DNA of 64,000 nt. It comes from an uncultured Alphaproteobacteria bacterium (GTDB lineage: Bacteria; Pseudomonadota; Alphaproteobacteria; Rhizobiales; Xanthobacteraceae). Numbering within the stretch: position 1 is the stretch's first letter; every line of letters begins with the position of its first letter. The DNA lies in assembly GCA_963733645.1 (NCBI GenBank), contig CAVTFP010000015.1:58375-122374 (forward strand), read 5' to 3'. This document shows positions 61,387 to 64,000 of the stretch, in pieces. The notes under the pieces were generated by a model, which searched no databases, was not told where the DNA came from, and worked only from the letters and a program-made list of their open reading frames with translations. Position numbers and translations under genes: made by a program.

Positions 61387-63872
61387 TCGCGGCTAGCGGA
61401 CGGTTCCGGCGGCCTGCCGGTTCGTTGCGCCAGCAAGCGATGCAGAGCCGAACGCAAAACCGGCATTGGATCGTTCCACGATAATGCCGACTTTGCCTCG
61501 CAGCGAAGTGTCCAGGAAAGCCACTGTGTCAGCGGAATGCCGGATGCACGCGCGGCTGGCAAATCCTTCCAGGCGCGGCACCAGCGCATGCCGGGTTTGG
61601 CGCGCGCCACCTGCGGCCGCGGTATTCCTGTCAGATCGGCATAGACCAGCGCTGGAATATTCAAGCCGGCGGCGGCGGCGAGATGATGCCATAAGGTGAA
61701 GCGAGGATTGACTTCCAGCAAATGCAGCTTTCCAGCCTGGTCGCGCTTGAAATCGAGCTTGGCAACTCCGGTCAGGCCCAGCCGTTCGACGATATCGCGA
61801 CCGAGCTTTTGCACGTCGGCGCTATCGGTAATTTCGAGCGCAGTGCTGGTGCCGTAGGTCAGCGGGAAAGTGCGAATTTTCCGGCCGGTGAATTCGGCGG
61901 CAGTGTTGCCGCGCTGATCGACGTAACAATGGTAGCTCTCGACTTGCGCCTCGGTGCCTGGAATGAGTTCCTGGACCAGAAGGTCGGTTCCGACATTGAC
62001 CAATTGCGGCCATAGTGCGCGCAGCGTCTCGGCGTCCGGTGCGTCGAGCGCTTTGCGCAGGCCGAAGGTGTCGCTCCAGCGCTCGAGCCTGGTCAGCGGT
62101 TTGATGATAACGGGGAAGCGCAGGTCAAGATCGCCCGGCTCGACAGCGACAGGATGGAACTGCCGCGCTGGCGGTACCGGTAGGCCGAGACGCTCTGCCA
62201 GTGTAGAAAATCTCGCCTTGTCGATCAGGTCATCGATCAGCGCCGCGTCGGCAATGACGAAGCGGAACGCCTCGGCGAGCCGCGCGCGCATGCGCGAAAT
62301 AAAGATAAGCTGCGCATCCTCCTCATAGAACAGGACCGGAGGCTCGCTTTGCGCCTTGCCGAACCGTAGCATCGTGTCGAGGAGTTCGCCGCTGTTTTGC
62401 GAGAAATCGTCCCAGGCAAGACGCGCCCTGGCATGGCGCGAGTACAGTGAGGGAACGCCGGGCCGCGCGACGACGGCACAAGCGATCCCCGCCGACGCGA
62501 TCGGCTGTAACAGGTCCATGTCGCCCATGACGCAAGCGAGTGCCTGCTGCGGCTTTGTTGCGCAGGAAATTTGTTGCGGGCGTTTCTGCCGCACCCGGTC
62601 GCGATCCAGGAACGTGCCCAGTGCGGAACGAATGGAAGAAACAAGGCGCCACGCGATCGGCGTTTGTTTGATAAATCGTTTTATCCGGCGCCGTCCGCGG
62701 GATGAGAGGCTGGACGGCCAGCCGCGCCAGGTTGCCGCCGTGCAGTAGTCGTACAACTCCAGGCTGCTGTCGCACCATTCCTGTTTGTAGGGTTCGTCGC
62801 CGATGGTGAAATCGAAGCGGCGCAGTCCGAGCTTGATCGCATGTGCGAGCAGTTCGCGCAGATGCAATGCGCCGGGCCCGTAATGCGATATGGCGGCGGT
62901 GTCGTCGTAGCTCGCCAGCACGTGGTAATAGCAATCGCCGAATACGATCGCAAAATTCGCCGCCGCGCAGGTTTCGCCGACGTCGATACGGCTGATGTGG
63001 AAAAGGTGTCGGAGGTTCGAATTCGAGGCGAGGTCGAAAAGGAACTCCCGGTAGCCTTGCCGCGCGAAGATGTTGGGAATGCCACGGCGGGCAAAGGCGC
63101 GGGCCTTTTGCTCCATCAGTTGCTCGAGCGTGCGCCGGGCATCGTCATGCTCGGTACAGGTCACGAAGCGGACTTCGCCAAATTCGGACATGTGCCGCCG
63201 TTTGGCGCGGTCGCGCCGGCGGGTGGCCGACGAACGCTTGTCGTAATAGAACTTCTCCCAGTCGGTGCCGAGCTGGGTAAGATGCGCGCTGCTGGGATTG
63301 GGTGTGACGTGGAGATAGGTGAACGGATTGACCTGGACGCCGATGGTCTGTGGCATCTTCTCCAGTTCGATCCAGTCATGGCACGATCGCAAATCGCTCT
63401 GAATGAGCCGGCGGAGTTGCTGCCATGCCGCGAGAAAGTGATCCGGGGCGACGCGCTGTGAAAAATCGGGCGCGAGCAGCGGGGCGTTGTAATCACATTG
63501 ATCCTGACCGAGCCAACGCAGCCGCCGGGACACGCGGCCAGGTTCGACACCGAAGGGAGCTATCAGCGCTGTCTCGCCGGTGGCGAAGTAACCTACGGCG
63601 ATCACCGGAATGACGCCGTCGACACGCCCGATATGGCGATACCATGTTGCCAACCAATCGAATGACTGGAATGCCGTGCAATCGGCGAACTGTTCGAAAC
63701 GCCGCCACTCGGCTTCGGCGGTCTCCAGGCTGTAATGAATTGAAAAGCTGATCTCGGGCGCAAACTCCCGGGACAAATCCGCTAGACGCGCCATTGCTGC
63801 GTGGCCGGCTTCGGCCGGCACGTTTGTATTCCGGTGCGCCAGCAATGGTGTCGCGCGTGTCACGTAATTCAC
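61371..63872 (-). CDS. Fusion protein: N-terminal FemAB/CelD-like GNAT (Acetyltransf_6-type) domain plus C-terminal ATP-grasp domain
   Basis: N-half ...CAAANFAIVFGDCYYHVLASYDD...YGPGALHLRELLAHAIKLGLRRFDFTIGDEPYKQEW. C-half ...FPVIIKP..., LLVQELIPG..., GVAKLDFKRDQAGKLHLLEVNPRF (ATP-grasp). GTG start. Confidence 0.7.
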   Translation of the reverse strand: MNYVTRATPLLAHRNTNVPAEAGHAAMARLADLSREFAPEISFSIHYSLETAEAEWRRFEQFADCTAFQSFDWLATWYRHIGRVDGVIPVIAVGYFATGETALIAPFGVEPGRVSRRLRWLGQDQCDYNAPLLAPDFSQRVAPDHFLAAWQQLRRLIQSDLRSCHDWIELEKMPQTIGVQVNPFTYLHVTPNPSSAHLTQLGTDWEKFYYDKRSSATRRRDRAKRRHMSEFGEVRFVTCTEHDDARRTLEQLMEQKARAFARRGIPNIFARQGYREFLFDLASNSNLRHLFHISRIDVGETCAAANFAIVFGDCYYHVLASYDDTAAISHYGPGALHLRELLAHAIKLGLRRFDFTIGDEPYKQEWCDSSLELYDYCTAATWRGWPSSLSSRGRRRIKRFIKQTPIAWRLVSSIRSALGTFLDRDRVRQKRPQQISCATKPQQALACVMGDMDLLQPIASAGIACAVVARPGVPSLYSRHARARLAWDDFSQNSGELLDTMLRFGKAQSEPPVLFYEEDAQLIFISRMRARLAEAFRFVIADAALIDDLIDKARFSTLAERLGLPVPPARQFHPVAVEPGDLDLRFPVIIKPLTRLERWSDTFGLRKALDAPDAETLRALWPQLVNVGTDLLVQELIPGTEAQVESYHCYVDQRGNTAAEFTGRKIRTFPLTYGTSTALEITDSADVQKLGRDIVERLGLTGVAKLDFKRDQAGKLHLLEVNPRFTLWHHLAAAAGLNIPALVYADLTGIPRPQVARAKPGMRWCRAWKDLPAARASGIPLTQWLSWTLRCEAKSALSWNDPMPVLRSALHRLLAQRTGRPPEPSASREWVGL

Positions 63873-64000
63873 TGGACGGAGAGCCTTTTCAAAAGTGATA
63901 GGGCAGAAACGCTAAGGATGCATCGCCAAGGGTCGCCAATAACTTGTTAAGGTAAAGCCGATCTGAACAGCATTAACCGTGAAAACGCCAGGAGTGCGTT

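Noticed and set aside
1-64000. Whole window considered as a mobile genomic island, prophage or defence island
   Set aside because: I saw no integrase, transposase, tRNA attachment site, phage structural genes, restriction-modification, CRISPR-Cas, toxin-antitoxin or other recognisable defence genes, and no flanking direct repeats. The content is metabolic, transport and redox.

Overview
GC-rich bacterial chromosomal DNA. Gene content and REP-like intergenic palindromes suggest an alphaproteobacterium of the Hyphomicrobiales/Bradyrhizobium type, but that is inference. All product calls come from reading motifs in the six-frame translations; no similarity search was run. I support about 58 protein-coding loci and see no rRNA, tRNA, CRISPR array, transposase, integrase or phage gene. 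The window is a patchwork of accessory catabolic, redox and transport operons.

- **1-9.8 kb:** a NitT/TauT-type ABC transporter, a VOC protein and an FAD monooxygenase, followed by an operon of Tat-exported ThDP enzyme, dihaem cytochrome c and Rieske oxygenase alpha/beta.
- **10-16.7 kb:** the conserved but functionally uncharacterised operon of DUF2126-transglutaminase, circularly permuted ATP-grasp::alpha-E, and a small transglutaminase.
- **17.8 kb:** an orphan 53-codon Flp pilin gene that is absent from the ORF track.
- **18.5-31 kb:** an 11-gene co-directional cluster. In order: His-rich EutA-like ATPase, bicupin, CoxM/S/L-like molybdenum hydroxylase, TIGR02444-like protein, UbiX, a carboxymuconolactone-decarboxylase-family protein, UbiD, a dehydrogenase and an MFS transporter.
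- **31-39 kb (minus strand):** IorA/IorB-like hydroxylase, soxF-X-Y-Z-A and a ThDP enzyme. There is no soxB or soxCD.
- **39-44.4 kb:** an isochorismatase, a decayed deacetylase and a second NitT/TauT-type ABC system with a tandemly duplicated binding-protein gene.
- **44.4-56 kb:** a PQQ-type sugar dehydrogenase with cytochrome c; a LivK-type binding protein, MetE-like protein, intradiol dioxygenase and hydrolase; an acyl-CoA synthetase; and a Bug-family binding protein with an FAD oxidoreductase.
- **56-64 kb:** a membrane/[2Fe-2S]/class III nucleotide cyclase, a second UbiD with a MarR gene, and a GNAT(FemAB/CelD-like)::ATP-grasp fusion coupled to a metallophosphoesterase.

The most striking global feature is the number of otherwise well-preserved genes broken by single-nucleotide frame shifts or in-frame TGA codons. 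At least 10 loci are affected, with a dense decay zone at 39.9-41.8 kb. These are either real, recent pseudogenes or assembly indel errors.

The best candidates for undescribed biology are:
- the ATP-grasp/alpha-E/transglutaminase operon;
- the His-rich EutA-like ATPase plus bicupin pair;
- the periplasmic ThDP enzyme plus cytochrome c pair;
- the GNAT::ATP-grasp plus phosphoesterase pair.

None can be proven novel from sequence alone.
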